From NCBI RefSeq assembly GCF_000143415.4, contig NW_003314324.1:224011-288010 (forward strand): a stretch of DNA of 64,000 bases. The letters run 5' to 3'. How positions within the stretch are numbered: the first letter of the stretch is position 1; each line of letters opens with the position of its first letter. The notes beneath the pieces were generated by a model, which saw only the letters and a list, made by a program, of their open reading frames with translations, was not told the DNA's origin and did no database searches. This document shows, piece after piece, positions 12,853 to 25,480 of the stretch. The DNA comes from Selaginella moellendorffii. Its lineage: Eukaryota; Plantae; Lycopodiophyta. The translations under genes were made by a program, and so were the position numbers.

Positions 12853-12993
12853 TTTGATTAATTTAAAAGGTTAATAAAGATTCATTGTGTAATTTGGTGT
12901 AATGTTATGAAAAACTCCGTTACAAATGGCAACAGAGGAGATGCCTGAGTCCAATCATCTCACATAGTTCCCAAGAATCCTATTCCTATTTCT

Positions 12994-13825
12994 TCACGTT
13001 CGTACCAAGGGGCGTGGCGATTCCAGCATCGTTGCCTTTGACACGCTGGCGGCTTTGGAGAATCTAAAGTTCTTCACGCGCTGTGGCACCGCACTGTGAT
13101 CCTCGCCACTTTGCTCGAAGGGATGCCCCTTTTTAAACTCGAGCCTCGACCCCTGCCGCTGCTGATGATGGAGGAGGTGGAGCACCTGTGGGCTCTTGGA
13201 CGCCTCCTCCAGCTTCTTCAGCTTCTTCTGGTTCTCCGCCTCCTCCTTCAACACCTCCTTGACGAACGCAACCCGGAGCTTACGTTTTATCACCTTGAGC
13301 TTCTCCAAGAGCTCGGCGTCGTCAGGTAGCATCTTGATCGCCACCTGCGAGAGAATCCCAGCAAAAACCAAATGAGCCCCTCGACTTCACTCGACTCTCT
13401 CACCGTTTTATGAGTGTTCCCCACACCAAGTTTATCGAGGATAACCTGCAGATCTTTCAGCGCTCCTCGGAGATCGCCCAGGCCCTCAAATGCCAGTGCT
13501 CGCCGATAGAACGCCTTTGCATAGCCACAGTCCACTTTGATTGCTTCGGTGCAGTCGGACTTGGCAGCATTCCAATCCCTCATCTGAAACAGAAACATCA
13601 GTCAAAACCGGGAATGCCAACTTTAAGAAACCAAACCTTAAGATGACACAGCGCCCTGTTAGCATACGTTGCAGCCACGTCGGGATCAAGGCTGAGGCTC
13701 TTGTTGTAATACTTGATGGCTGCGCAGTAGTTCCCCCACTTAAACTGATCGTTCCCGCACAGCCGCTCTCTTTCCGCTGCCTCCTCGGCATCGTTCAGTC
13801 CAGCTACCGATGCACTCTCTCCCAT
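12994..13825 (-). CDS. TPR-repeat (carboxylate-clamp, Hsp70/Hsp90 co-chaperone-like) protein, 3 exons
   Basis: Exons 13825-13637, 13583-13446, 13344-12994 with GT-AG borders; GNDQFKWGNY.AAI.YY, YANRALCHLK, KAFYRRALA motifs. Confidence 0.85.
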
Positions 13826-14237
13826 TTGTAAAGCTAGATAGCCATGGTGCTACTAAGGTAGCTGCGATAGAAGAAAATATTTTTAAGCATTTCTTCTGCC
13901 TTGGAAATGCGACCATCTCATCCCTGGAGGGAAAGGAAACAAAAAAAAAAAAAAAAAACGATGTAAAGAATCACAACAAAAGACAAGCGTACCTCACTCT
14001 CCCAATTCGTGCATGACTACCTGCAAATGAAACAAACCCTAACGAGAAATGTTTATGGTTTTTACGGTTAGGCACAAACGCTATCAGAAGTGCAGTTAAC
14101 AAAAAACAATTCTCAGACCATTAGTAGTATCCGTAAAGAATTCCTCTCCTCTAGTGTTGCACCTAGAACAAAGAGAGCATTAGTTTGACAGAGCATATCT
14201 TCAAGTGCCTACCTGAAACCTTCCTTTCTTTTCACTG

Positions 14238-15494
14238 TCAAACAGCACAGGCAGCGTCCATGCGTTTCTCAGCGGTTCTCGGCAGAGCCTCCGACGCTGA
14301 ATGCCCCGAGACGATGTGATGATTCGCAGCAGCGCTCTTGGACAGCATCGCAGACTGGTGCTGCGTCTCCCAGATCAAGCTCCTCAGAGCATCCAGAGCA
14401 GCATCGTATCCCCGGAGCGAGTGCCTCATGGTGTGGTTGAGTACCCTGCTCACCCAGATCTTAAACAGCAGCTCCTCCCAGTCCTCGTCACCTTTCTCGA
14501 AATGAACCAAGAGCGTCCGGTACGCCGCCACCCACGCCTCCTCGTCGGCAAAGCCCCACGCCGGCCACTCGCTGGCATTCAGGAGCCCCTTGGCGAGCGC
14601 CGGATCGAAGTGCTTCTGGAGGAGATCCCGCTGCCCCTGCGTCCACTTGCTCCGCAAGAGCTTGAGCGTCTTCTCCACGTCGTAGCCAACCTTTTGCTTC
14701 ACAAGCTCGGGCACCGGCCGGGAGTACTCCATCCTGTGAGTCCCCTCGTTGAGCGGCACCGCCTCGTCCTTGAGCGACTGCATTGCCGAGAAGCACTCCA
14801 CCAGCATGGTCCTTAGATCCCGAAGGCCCGAGTAGAGGGCGTGGACCTTGCCCTCCGGGATGTAGACCTCGGCCAAGTGGAGACCCTTCTGGACCATGAC
14901 GAAAGTGTAGAGAGTGTCGATGCCCCAGTCACTCTGGCCGCGAACTCGGTGATCGGTGTAGAGCGCCTCGGCGGCCTTTCTCGTGAGTAGGAGCTCTCCG
15001 CCCAGTGGCTGCTCGATGAATGGCAGCACCGTCTTGGGCCAGAGGAGGCAAAAGCCGATCTTCGTGACAAACCAAGTGATCATAGCGTCGGTGCTGGATC
15101 TGGGGAAGTAGTGCCGGACCACGTCGAAGTCTAGATCCGCCTGCCGCTCGGCCTTGGTGATCCAGTCCGCGGAGAAGGAGACGATGTCGGAGTCGTAGAA
15201 ATGGATGCGCTGGAGCTCGGTGTGGTCGAGAAAGTAGGCCATCGCCGTGTTCATTCCATCGCCTTTGCCGGATCGCAGCGACACCCCGATGCGCTTCTGT
15301 TGGAGGAGGATGATGCGCTTGCCGGTGGAGCTCTCGATGGACGGTCTCTTGGCCTCGATGGCGCACCACGTCTCGCCTTTGCTGTAGCCGACGCACAGCA
15401 CGGTGGAGACTCGCGGGTGAACAGCGGCGCACTCTACGTTGCGGACGACCACGGCAACGTCCTCCTCCTTGAATGGAAAGCACACCAGCGACAT
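14238..15494 (-). CDS. mgs: Mannosylglycerate synthase (GT78), intronless
   Basis: MSLVCFPFKEED, GKGDGMNTA, IHFYDSDI, RHYFPRSSTDAMITW, IEQPLGGELL, SDWGIDTLYTF, EGKVHALY closely match my recollection of Rhodothermus marinus MgS. ATG at 15494. Confidence 0.93.
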   Translation of the reverse strand: MSLVCFPFKEEDVAVVVRNVECAAVHPRVSTVLCVGYSKGETWCAIEAKRPSIESSTGKRIILLQQKRIGVSLRSGKGDGMNTAMAYFLDHTELQRIHFYDSDIVSFSADWITKAERQADLDFDVVRHYFPRSSTDAMITWFVTKIGFCLLWPKTVLPFIEQPLGGELLLTRKAAEALYTDHRVRGQSDWGIDTLYTFVMVQKGLHLAEVYIPEGKVHALYSGLRDLRTMLVECFSAMQSLKDEAVPLNEGTHRMEYSRPVPELVKQKVGYDVEKTLKLLRSKWTQGQRDLLQKHFDPALAKGLLNASEWPAWGFADEEAWVAAYRTLLVHFEKGDEDWEELLFKIWVSRVLNHTMRHSLRGYDAALDALRSLIWETQHQSAMLSKSAAANHHIVSGHSASEALPRTAEKRMDAACAV

Positions 15495-16031
15495 ACTCCC
15501 CCAAGAATCGTCCAAAGAGAAGCCGGGGCAAGAATCTCGCGCAGACTATCCCCACAAATCTAGACAGGAGATCAAAGATTTCGCGATCGGAATGTCGAAT
15601 GATCGATATTACCTGTGAGCGATGCAAGATTTCGAGCTAAAGATCCTCGAAGAACAGGAACTCGTCGCGATTCTTCCAAACCTGCCCGGCGCGCACGAGA
15701 ATCTGGCAATACCGAGCAAGAACGCGATTAGGAGGGGAAGAATCATCCATCGATCGATATTACCGCCCGTGAGCACGAGGAGCGCTTTTGCGGAGCGAGG
15801 AAGACGAGAAAACCCTAGCTAGATAGTAGATTTTAAATGCATTGATTGATTAGAATATTCACCTCCCACATGCTTGGAGGACGTCCATGTCGTGTCCCAC
15901 ATTGCAAGGATGGAAAAACAAGTCGATTCGTTATACAATGTGGACAACAACGCTTACACAATGGGTCTCCACAAATTTATAGTGGATCTTTATATGACGA
16001 CTGCTGTCGATCTCCACAATTTTATAGTGTT

Positions 16032-19000
16032 TTATGTCCTTGGACACGACTGGCGTAAACATTGGAGCTTTTCTATGTGACTTTGGAGGAGTTGGACTTG
16101 AGATTGCTCGAATTCTTCAAGCTCGTGGAGATGGTTCCTGGGAAGAACACATAAAAGGCGCAAGGTGTTAAGAACCGGAAAGTTTGACCTTTTACCTCAA
16201 TCGATCGTTGTCCGCAAGTTTGAGCTTCAGTTCTTCCTGAGCCTGTTGAGAGAAACATTGTAAGGTGATCGGAGTTTTCTAGCTCATACCTTTCTGAGTG
16301 ACGAATGGAGTGTTGCTATGTGACTTGCGGCTTCGTCGGCGTTCTCCTTCATCTTTGTGACTTCCAAAGCATTCTACGCGAAGGCGATTTACTTAGCACA
16401 AATTGTGATGTTTACAAGTTTTACCCTCTCCATCAACGTCCGAGCAGACGCAAGCTCGTTTCGCAGAAGCTGCAAAGTGGACTCGGTTCCATCTTTTGCC
16501 GCTTTGACCTGTCGAATATAGAATCAACACCGCAATCTAGCTTAGAATTTTCAAAGACGTGACCTGTTGTAGTTCAGCCGAAAGAGCCCCGTTTGATCGG
16601 TTCAGCTCTTCCTTCTCTCTGTGGTGTCGATCTAGCTTCTCATTTGCCTTCAGTCGCCAAGCTCTAGTATCAAGAAAAGAAAATATTGATAGCACAAATT
16701 TACCTGATCTAGTTGTTTTGTTAGTAGAGTTACATGTTCTTGCATAGCCCTGCACGATTCCTGTCGCATGAGAAAGGAGTCCATGAGTTCATCTATGCAG
16801 CCAAAGCCATCACGTAAACCTTCGATATCCCTAGCTCCGTGAAATTCTATCAGCTGTTCCTTTTCTTTCAGCAACTTCCTACAAGCAGAAATAATGAGGC
16901 CTACAGGATAAAGCCAAAAATTCTTGCCTGTAATAAGAAACTGCGTTCCGTATCATAGTTTGACTTCATTTGTTGTAGAGCTTGCATTTGCTTCTGAAGC
17001 GCCATGTCCAGCTTTTGTACCTGAAGCATATGTCATGTAAAATCTCAAGTACCAGCAAAGAAGCTGTGTGCCTACACAGGATTTGTATTCGTCGCGCTCT
17101 AAAACTGCATCCTCGTGCAACTCTTTGATTCGCTCTAGTGAACTGCAAGCACGAAGTCAGTAACGTGCATTCCAAAACTGATATCGACTGCAAACCTTTC
17201 CCGCTCATCCAATTTCTTTTCCACAGATTTGAGTTGATAGTGAAGATCCTGCTTCTCTCTTTCCTTCGAGTCCAATTTCAAGGCGCTTGCCTGACAAGAT
17301 GCTCGAAGGAGATGATTGTGAAGTTGAAAGAAACAGCTAACCTGCAATTCTTCTCTGAGTTGTGTCGACAAAACTTCTGTTCTCTGGCTTGCTATTACCC
17401 GCTCCTCAAGTTCCCTTTGCAACAAGCTTGCTTTGGTACTCTCAGTGTCAACCTGAAAGCTAAATCAAGATCGATGTTATACAACACATCGAAAGTAATA
17501 TCTGTTACCTGATCTTGAAGCGCGTCAACTCTTCGTTGCAAACGTTCTTTTTCAGCCTGAACAGTTTCTAATTCTGTCGAGGCTTTTGTCATTCCAGCCT
17601 GCGCTGCAGCTACTTGACCCTCCAAAACAAGACGCTTGTTACGCATATTTTGTACTTCTCTTGCGAGATCTTCTTGAGGAGATCCCGGAGGTGACTGCCA
17701 CAAAATGGTTAAGGATATATGAGCAACTGTTTCAATGCTACCTTTCTTTTCGTGCTGCTACACGGCTTCATCGATGTCTCCCCTAACAGCACAGTTCTTT
17801 CTGCTGTATCTTCTGGCGTCCAATGGTATGGGTCGTCGGCTTCAATGCCTACACCAGTATGGCTTGCAGAAAGAGCTAGACACCAGTTTTTATGCAAATA
17901 AGTTTTGAAGGTGATCATGGCGAGGCACATACCTTCTTTCCTGGTACTGAACCATCCCTCATTGTCTTCCCCACCCTCCAGAGGAAGTGAGACAAAAGAA
18001 ACTTTTCGAGATGTTGCCTTTGATTTAGTTTGCCTTCCTGCATTTCGAGCGCGTTAGCGAAGGAAAGAAGACTCCAAAGCCGAACCTTTTTGTGGAAGAC
18101 GTCGCACCACGTACATATCAGAGAATGTACCACCTGAAGAAGAAACAAACTTGCAAAGTTTACAGAAGAAATTGTTAAAGCTTACCTTTACCACCATAGC
18201 CACCAAGCATGTAGAGAGAATCATTGCAGACAACAAGGCAATGTGCCGCACGGCCTTCTGGCCCATCCGCTGCATCAGCTATCTTCAAAGTTCTCGACTT
18301 ACTGTCCACCACTTTAGAATCGTAATTTTGCCACTGGTAAGAAGCGCCGCTGGCAGCAATCTACAAGACTTTCTGCCAAGTTCAGCAACAAGAACTGTAT
18401 TTCTCGATTACCTCGAGCGAATAAATATCGTTCAAACGTGACTTTCCATAGCGACCACCATGGACAAATATGCTCGTTTCATGCGCCAGTACCGCAGCGT
18501 GATTTGAGCGAGGACAAGGAGCTTCGCCGGACGGTTTTATGGTAAACCATTTGTTCTCAAAGGCATCGTACACACTGAAAGCGTAAAAATTGTAGAAGAA
18601 AACAAAGCACAACAAACGCACCCGATCACCTCAAATCGTCCTCTTCAACTATACCAGAGTTGTTCTTCCCTCCAAAGAGTAAAACGTTGTGTCCAAACGT
18701 GGTAAAGCTATGATAACCCCTCGAGCAAGGACAATTTCCTCCCGGTTGTAGCACCTCCCACTGCAAAGAATCTAAAAGCGCTACTTAAGTATGTAGGCAG
18801 AAGCTTGCATTCAACAGAGTTACCTGTGTTTAGCACCGAGAGATCGCCAAGCCAGTTAAAAGTCCCAGGCTTGAATCCACCATAGCCACCAAAGACGAGA
18901 ATACACTTCGGATTTAGAGGGTGAATCACAGCTGCGTGAGTACCTCTTGGAGTTCCTTGTGATTTTAAAACTGGAGTAGACCACTGGAGGAAAAATGACA

Positions 19001-19395
19001 CAAAAGAAATGAAGAAAGAAGAGAAGGTACCTAATTTACCTCGAGAGTTTCCGTGTTAAGAGCGTGAACATCATCGTGGATCGTCTTGGCATCACTTCCA
19101 CCGATGATCCAAAGCGTGTTCTTCCCCACCACTGTCGCGGAGTGATAAGCCCGGGCAGCAAAAGGAGCGTGCTCTTGGAGCTGCCTCCATTTCTCGCGCT
19201 GTAGGTCGAATTCCCACAAATCATTCATGAATTGGTCTCCGCATCGTCCACCGAAGACCAACATCCTGCTGCCGCCAACGAGCGTGGCGGTGTGGCCTGC
19301 GCGAGCTCTCTGCGCTGCAAGGAAAAGAGAAATAAGCGATCAAATCAAGCTGTGGTCTCACCCGGCAGCCTCTCCCATTTGAGCATCCGCGTCAT
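16032..19395 (-). CDS. Kelch-repeat protein with long C-terminal coiled coil, multi-exon
   Basis: RAGHTATLVGGSRMLVFGG, ARAYHSATVVG..IIGG, RGTHAAV..VFGGYG, PCPRSNHAAV..VHGG repeats, then heptad-rich exons. Last exon NHLHELEEFEQ...CPRT* with stop at 16032-16034. Confidence 0.85.
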
Positions 19396-19815
19396 TCATC
19401 CGCGCCCTAGTTTTAAGCTTGGTGGACAAGAAAAAGAGGAAGTGGCGTGGGACTGACCTATGGAGCTACTTCATCGTCCCCAGTGCTCGACAAAATGAAG
19501 AAGGTTCTAGCTCATAGAAAAGCTTTGATGTGTTTGCGCAATGTATGAATTAGAGTCTGCGAAGTTGGAAAGTGCGATTTTTGTTCACGAACAAAGGTTG
19601 TTTATTACGGAAGCTTGAGTACGCAAAACTGCAGAGGCTGATGGAGTGGAATTCAAAGGAAAAAAGCTGGCTATCAACTGGACAATGGAAGAAAATCAAT
19701 CATTTTTTAGCAATTTCTCATGATGCATATAAAGAACGTGAATTTGAAAAAGTTTGATTTATTTTACTTATCCTAATTAACCATAATTCTATAGAATTAA
19801 CATATAGGAACATTG

Positions 19816-20787
19816 TTAAGAAATTGACCATAGTATTTCACCTTTCTCTGTATCATAGATATAGATATGACCATCGTCTGAAACTTCTAATCCTGTTTGA
19901 TATTTCGAATATCGTGATATTAGTTCCCATATAATAACTCTATTATTTACAATAGTTAAATGACCAGTCCGGTCTAAATGTGCGAAACAATCACTTGATA
20001 TCAGAGAATCAAGCTCTTTATTTGATGTCAATAAGTTAAAACCTTCACTTTTCCAAATATTACGTCTATTTTTAATTTGATAAAAAACTAATTGACAGTT
20101 TTTCATTGTCAATCTATAATTTTTATAAGGTGACACTAAGCTATTTCCATTTAATATGATCGATGTAACTTTTTCCATATCACCACCAATAAGTGATGAT
20201 CTATAAATAATACAATTACCATCATAATTATACACATGCTGAGTAATTTTGGGTGTTATAAGATTATTATAATTATTATAAGTTAGATTTGAACCATAAG
20301 CATCATATTGCAAACCGTAATTCTTAAAATTAACTTCATATCCTCCATAATACTTCTGTTCTTTACTTTTACCACTAGTCTTTGCAGATTTTGAGATGTA
20401 ATTCCGAATTCTATAAAATGCATTGAGAGCTTCTATTGAACCATATCCAAATTTTAAGGGATTTATACTACATATAATAGGAGTCATTGCATTATAACCC
20501 AATGGCAAATGGATCCAAAATACTACCCTAGCATACATATGTTCATTAAGATTAAATGTTATAGTGGAACTCCTGGTCCAAACAGTTTTTAATTTTAGTA
20601 AAGAGTCTATATATTCATCCATATTATGTAATATCGATTTAAAATGTTCTTTAGATAATAAGTTGCGATTACTTGAGTGGATCATCATAGGCTGATCATG
20701 AAAAACTATAGGTTCTGGTTCTGGTGGTGGTGGAGCTGGTGATACAAAAATGGATAAAGATAAAGTATGAATTAGTAATATAATCAT
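19816..20787 (-). CDS. Diverged paralog of the AT-rich secreted B-type lectin gene
   Basis: 323-aa intact ORF with the same architecture; shares FW.HLPLG, CS.NPL, LIGGD, GNSLVSPYKNYRLTMKNCQL, DCFAHLDRTGHLTIVNN, GLEVSDDG with 11884-12852. Confidence 0.82.
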   Translation of the reverse strand: MIILLIHTLSLSIFVSPAPPPPEPEPIVFHDQPMMIHSSNRNLLSKEHFKSILHNMDEYIDSLLKLKTVWTRSSTITFNLNEHMYARVVFWIHLPLGYNAMTPIICSINPLKFGYGSIEALNAFYRIRNYISKSAKTSGKSKEQKYYGGYEVNFKNYGLQYDAYGSNLTYNNYNNLITPKITQHVYNYDGNCIIYRSSLIGGDMEKVTSIILNGNSLVSPYKNYRLTMKNCQLVFYQIKNRRNIWKSEGFNLLTSNKELDSLISSDCFAHLDRTGHLTIVNNRVIIWELISRYSKYQTGLEVSDDGHIYIYDTEKGEILWSIS

Positions 20788-21049
20788 TTCTTTATTACTT
20801 AATTGTTATATTATTATATTTATAAAAACCATTATGAACAGTTTACTATGATTAAAATCTTTAGGAGCCAAATGGCCACTTCTACAATCATCTACTTCTT
20901 TCTCCAAGGTTTCCCCGTGGCATAATTTAGATTAATATACTAGGTTTGTATAGTCTCCCTTTTAAGTTAAATCCAATGGAGCATGTTTGACATGAAAGCC
21001 CTTGCCATCTGGGTTCTAAAGATCGTGAAAGTGTGGTATCTAGTTTTCC

Positions 21050-21400
21050 AAAGTGATGAAGAGGTTAATATTTTATTTTGTATATTTTCCCAGGTAGAAT
21101 AGAAGAAGGAAGCTTAGACGAAATGGAGTTATGCCTAAATTTAAGCATCCAAAGAAGAAAGACCCAACCTAGGCAAGAAGCAATTAAAAATGGTTATAAA
21201 ATCATGTAGTATATAAATAACATCTAAACATGTTGGAAAAAAACCCCCACTCATTATTGTATGCATTTATATTGAATTAACCATCTTTTTTCCCACTTAT
21301 GACTATTTGTGCAAAGTAAAGTTAAGAAAGTGACATATACTTATTCTTACTCACGCCTTGGGGTTTGAAGTTGAGTTTTCTTCTATTCTCTTTTTATTCT
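21050..21400 (+). repeat. Dispersed ~350-bp repeat, copy 1 (copy 2 at 37460-37810)
   Basis: Shared blocks GAAGAAGGAAG..GAAATGGAGTTA, ACATGTTGGAAAA.AACCCCCACTCA.TATTGTATGCATTT, TTAACCATCTTTTTTCCCAC, CTTACTCACGCCTT. Confidence 0.85.
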
Positions 21401-23285
21401 TCTTTCTCTTCTTTTTTTAGTGACTATGGTGGGATAAACTATCACTCTTTAACTTAAAAAATATCCAAGAAAAAATCATTTATGAATTTCAAACATGTTT
21501 AATATTAGAAATCACAAATAGATCTTTTTAGTGATTGTAGAGGCTCAAAGCCTAGACAACACTGAACAAATGAGCTTTTCTTGTAATTGTAGTGGCTTAG
21601 TGCCTAGACAACACAAGAAAGACAATTTTTTAATTGTCACACAAGCCACAGTGCTTGGGATGAGTTTGAAATTGAATTTCTATATACATTGTCAAAAAAC
21701 TCAAATTTAAATTGTTTTGCTAGCAATTTCTTGAGAAAAATCCAAAAGAAGAAAAAACAAAGTTTGTTTGATATAGAACACACAATCAATTGCTATAGAA
21801 TTTTTATTTTTAAGCAAGTTCTCACTTGGGGTTTTAGAGGACATATTTTTTCAGTAGTGTGTCATAATTTTTCTAGACATATACAAGCAGAAAAATTAGA
21901 CATTTGTAACTTTTGTTTTTTACTTCAGCTTAAAGAGAGTTATAGCTAGCCTTAGTGAATAATAAATTAGGGAATTATTCACCTAAATATTACAAGTCTT
22001 CGATAGAGGTAGAATTATAATTAGAATATTATGCTGTCTCAAGGCTTTGATCCAAAGTCACATATTGCAAGAGCTTATGAGACTCAAACAAGACTCATAA
22101 ATTAAAAATTCAGAAACAGTTATCATGAATTGCTCTAACCATTCAAACTGCTTTATGTTTAGTACACCTACGTGAATTAATCAAAGCTCATCTTTTATAT
22201 AAAGAAAGCTTACAAACACTATTCAATGTGAAAGGTGTCATTCTCCTATAGATTTTGAAAGCACTCACATCACATTTAACCCTATAGGGAAGAATAAGGG
22301 CAATCACGTGAAACATGCCTTATATTCTCTAAAGTGAGGCATATACAAAGAGTAAATATATAAGTGAATAGGCATGAAAATCTATATTTTAGACCAATTG
22401 AATGATACTCTGTATAATTTGCTTATGTGATAAATATTCANNNNNNNNNNNNNNNNNNNNNNNNNNNNNNNNNNNNNNNNNNNNNNNNNNNNNNNNNNNN
22501 NNNNNNNNNNNNNNNNNNNNNNNNNNNNNNNNNNNNNNNNAGGCTACAGTACGTGAGAGAATCCCACCTAGTGAATATTACCACATAAGCAAATTATACA
22601 ACTATTTTAGTAAGGGTTGTAACTCAATTTCCATCTATATTTGGAATGCACAGATCACCACATATGCTAATTGAGCTTTTGCCAAACGAAGCAGTCAAGA
22701 GGCTTCACGCCATAAACATAGAACAGAGAGTTATAAAACTTATTACTAGGTGTAGGCATCAATCTTGGAGACACTTCTACCGTCACTTTAATATTTAAAG
22801 AATTAAAATAAACTTAAAGATATTAGAAAAAGGTTTTGTCTAAAAAGGTGAAACACCCTTAGACACTCCTAGAAATTCTAAAATACATAGTAAAGTTCAA
22901 AAATCTATCATACAAGCTTGAGTAGAGACTTGTATTAACTATAACTGCCCATTGGTGAAGAGGATAGAGAGAAATTTGCTTTAAAAAATATTTTTTGTCT
23001 AAATCTTAAATAAAGTCTTCCATAAATTAGCTATCACATATTTGGAAAACTACCTAACATCATTTTATAAGTAAATTGATTTAAAATAGGCTATTATGCA
23101 CTAGATAATTTGATTTTTATATTGATTTCACAGGGCAATTTCATAGAATAGTCTCTACGCCCTATTCAAATTAGTCCATAGTGTTGATTTAGTTTGCTTA
23201 AAATTTGCCAAAAGCAATAGACCACTCTTTTTAATTCCATAGTTCTAAGGGCAAGGTTAGTTATAAGTTAGAGGGTAATACTTAC

Positions 23286-23562
23286 TGTGTGTAAACAACC
23301 AAAGAGAACGATATAAAAGACAATCCATAGAGGTTCAAATATAAAAGGAAAAGGCCTATGAACAAGAGTGCACCCTCTTTCCCTTTAGAGTTAAGCATTC
23401 TTAGGTTTTGGGTTGGGTGACTTCTCGAGAAGTCCAAACTCAAAAGTTTACATTTGGTATCAGAGAGGTTTTGGGTCCAACTCTATTGGTTGGCTAAAGG
23501 AATTACACCACATGTTGATTGACACTTAGCTAGTCTAATTTGCTCCCGCTGGGCTCGACTCA
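23286..23562 (+). mobile_element. LTR retrotransposon: 3' end of a 5' LTR plus tRNA-iMet primer-binding site
   Basis: TATAAAA box, LTR end ..GTTTACA at 23452, then TT and PBS TGGTATCAGAG 23455-23465; runs into a gap. Confidence 0.8.
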
Positions 23563-25054
23563 NNNNNNNNNNNNNNNNNNNNNNNNNNNNNNNNNNNNNN
23601 NNNNNNNNNNNNNNNNNNNNNNNNNNNNNNNNNNNNNNNNNNNNNNNNNNNNNNNNNNNNNNNNNNNNNNNNNNNNNNNNNNNNNNNNNNNNNNNNNNNN
23701 NNNNNNNNNNNNNNNNNNNNNNNNNNNNNNNNNNNNNNNNNNNNNNNNNNNNNNNNNNNNNNNNNNNNNNNNNNNNNNNNNNNNNNNNNNNNNNNNNNNN
23801 NNNNNNNNNNNNNNNNNNNNNNNNNNNNNNNNNNNNNNNNNNNNNNNNNNNNNNNNNNNNNNNNNNNNNNNNNNNNNNNNNNNNNNNNNNNNNNNNNNNN
23901 NNNNNNNNNNNNNNNNNNNNNNNNNNNNNNNNNNNNNNNNNNNNNNNNNNNNNNNNNNNNNNNNNNNNNNNNNNNNNNNNNNNNNNNNNNNNNNNNNNNN
24001 NNNNNNNNNNNNNNNNNNNNNNNNNNNNNNNNNNNNNNNNNNNNNNNNNNNNNNNNNNNNNNNNNNNNNNNNNNNNNNNNNNNNNNNNNNNNNNNNNNNN
24101 NNNNNNNNNNNNNNNNNNNNNNNNNNNNNNNNNNNNNNNNNNNNNNNNNNNNNNNNNNNNNNNNNGTACATTTCAACATTTTGAGATTTCAACAATTGAC
24201 CAGAAATATATAAATAATTTGGAACATTGATTCACTCGTTCATTCTTTAGAGTTTACAGAGATGGGAAGCAAGGAAGACAAAAAATCTGTAAGTAGTTCT
24301 AGCATACAGAAATGTGAGAATGTTAATTTTGTTTCACTACCACAATTTCCATATTACACGCCTGGTCCTTATTACCCATCCGGAAATGTGGAAACCACTG
24401 TCACTATTGATAAAAATGCTCCTATTACTTCCGAAAAAAGAAGAAATGGACAGCACAGTGGAAAGCACTAATAAATCCACTCTATAAACCTTTCAATGGC
24501 TTTTGTAATCCACTAAAGTATTATAAAAAAAAGTAAATTTTTTATATATATCTTATTCCTTTTGATATGTTTTGTCTTTGCAAAGATATATGATATGGAC
24601 AAATCAAAGAGTTAAATCTATATANNNNNNNNNNNNNNNNNNNNNNNNNNNNNNNNNNNNNNNNNNNNNNNNNNNNNNNNNNNNNNNNNNNNNNNNNNNN
24701 NNNNNNNNNNNNNNNNNNNNNNNNNNNNNNNNNNNNNNNNNNNNNNNNNNNNNNNNNNNNNNNNNNNNNNNNNNNNNNNNNNNNNNNNNNNNNNNNNNNN
24801 NNNNNNNNNNNNNNNNNNNNNNNNNNNNNNNNNNNNNNNNNNNNNNNNNNNNNNNNNNNNNNNNNNNNNNNNNNNNNNNNNNNNNNNNNNNNNNNNNNNN
24901 NNNNNNNNNNNNNNNNNNNNNNNNNNNNNNNNNNNNNNNNNNNNNNNNNNNNNNNNNNNNNNNNNNNNNNNNNNNNNNNNNNNNNNNNNNNNNNNNNNNN
25001 NNNNNNNNNNNNNNNNNNNNNNNNNNNNNNNNNNNNNNNNNNNNNNNNNNNNNN

Positions 25055-25480
25055 TATTGTGAGGCTCATCCATTTGCGACCTCAAGTGCAACTCAACAAG
25101 AATTCCTTCTTTATGATGTTGTTAAAAAAATTGGGGCTCCAATGCTCCAAGAGCGATGTCAATATTTTCTTCAAGATCTTGCTCCAGATATGGCAGGGGA
25201 GCTTAATGTAGATACATATTATCTTCAGTGTCCTATATGTAACTTTTATTTAAACAAGACAAATGGTTGCATGGGTTTGGTAAATTTTATTGAGCATTGT
25301 CGCAAGTGCTCAAGAGCGGGTTTGGAAGGTGTGCACCTGTGGATGTATAAAAAAATCAAGAAAGAATTAAAAACACACAGCTATTATGATTTCATGGTGG
25401 AGAACAATATTCCATTAGTGAACACTGCATTAGTAAGTGCTGAATATGGGATATTTAGGCCACCTTTTAATGTAATGTGA
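25055..25480 (+). CDS. Small CxxC/HxxxC zinc-finger-like protein, copy 1 (5' end in gap)
   Basis: YYLQCPICNFYLNKTNGCMGLVNFIEHCRKC..G.EGVH.WMYKKIKKEL; conserved with the neighbouring copy. Confidence 0.6.
   Translation, partial: YCEAHPFATSSATQQEFLLYDVVKKIGAPMLQERCQYFLQDLAPDMAGELNVDTYYLQCPICNFYLNKTNGCMGLVNFIEHCRKCSRAGLEGVHLWMYKKIKKELKTHSYYDFMVENNIPLVNTALVSAEYGIFRPPFNVM

Noticed and set aside
14238-15494. Bacterial contamination as an explanation for MgS
   Set aside because: Contiguous, without gaps, with spliced plant genes on both sides.
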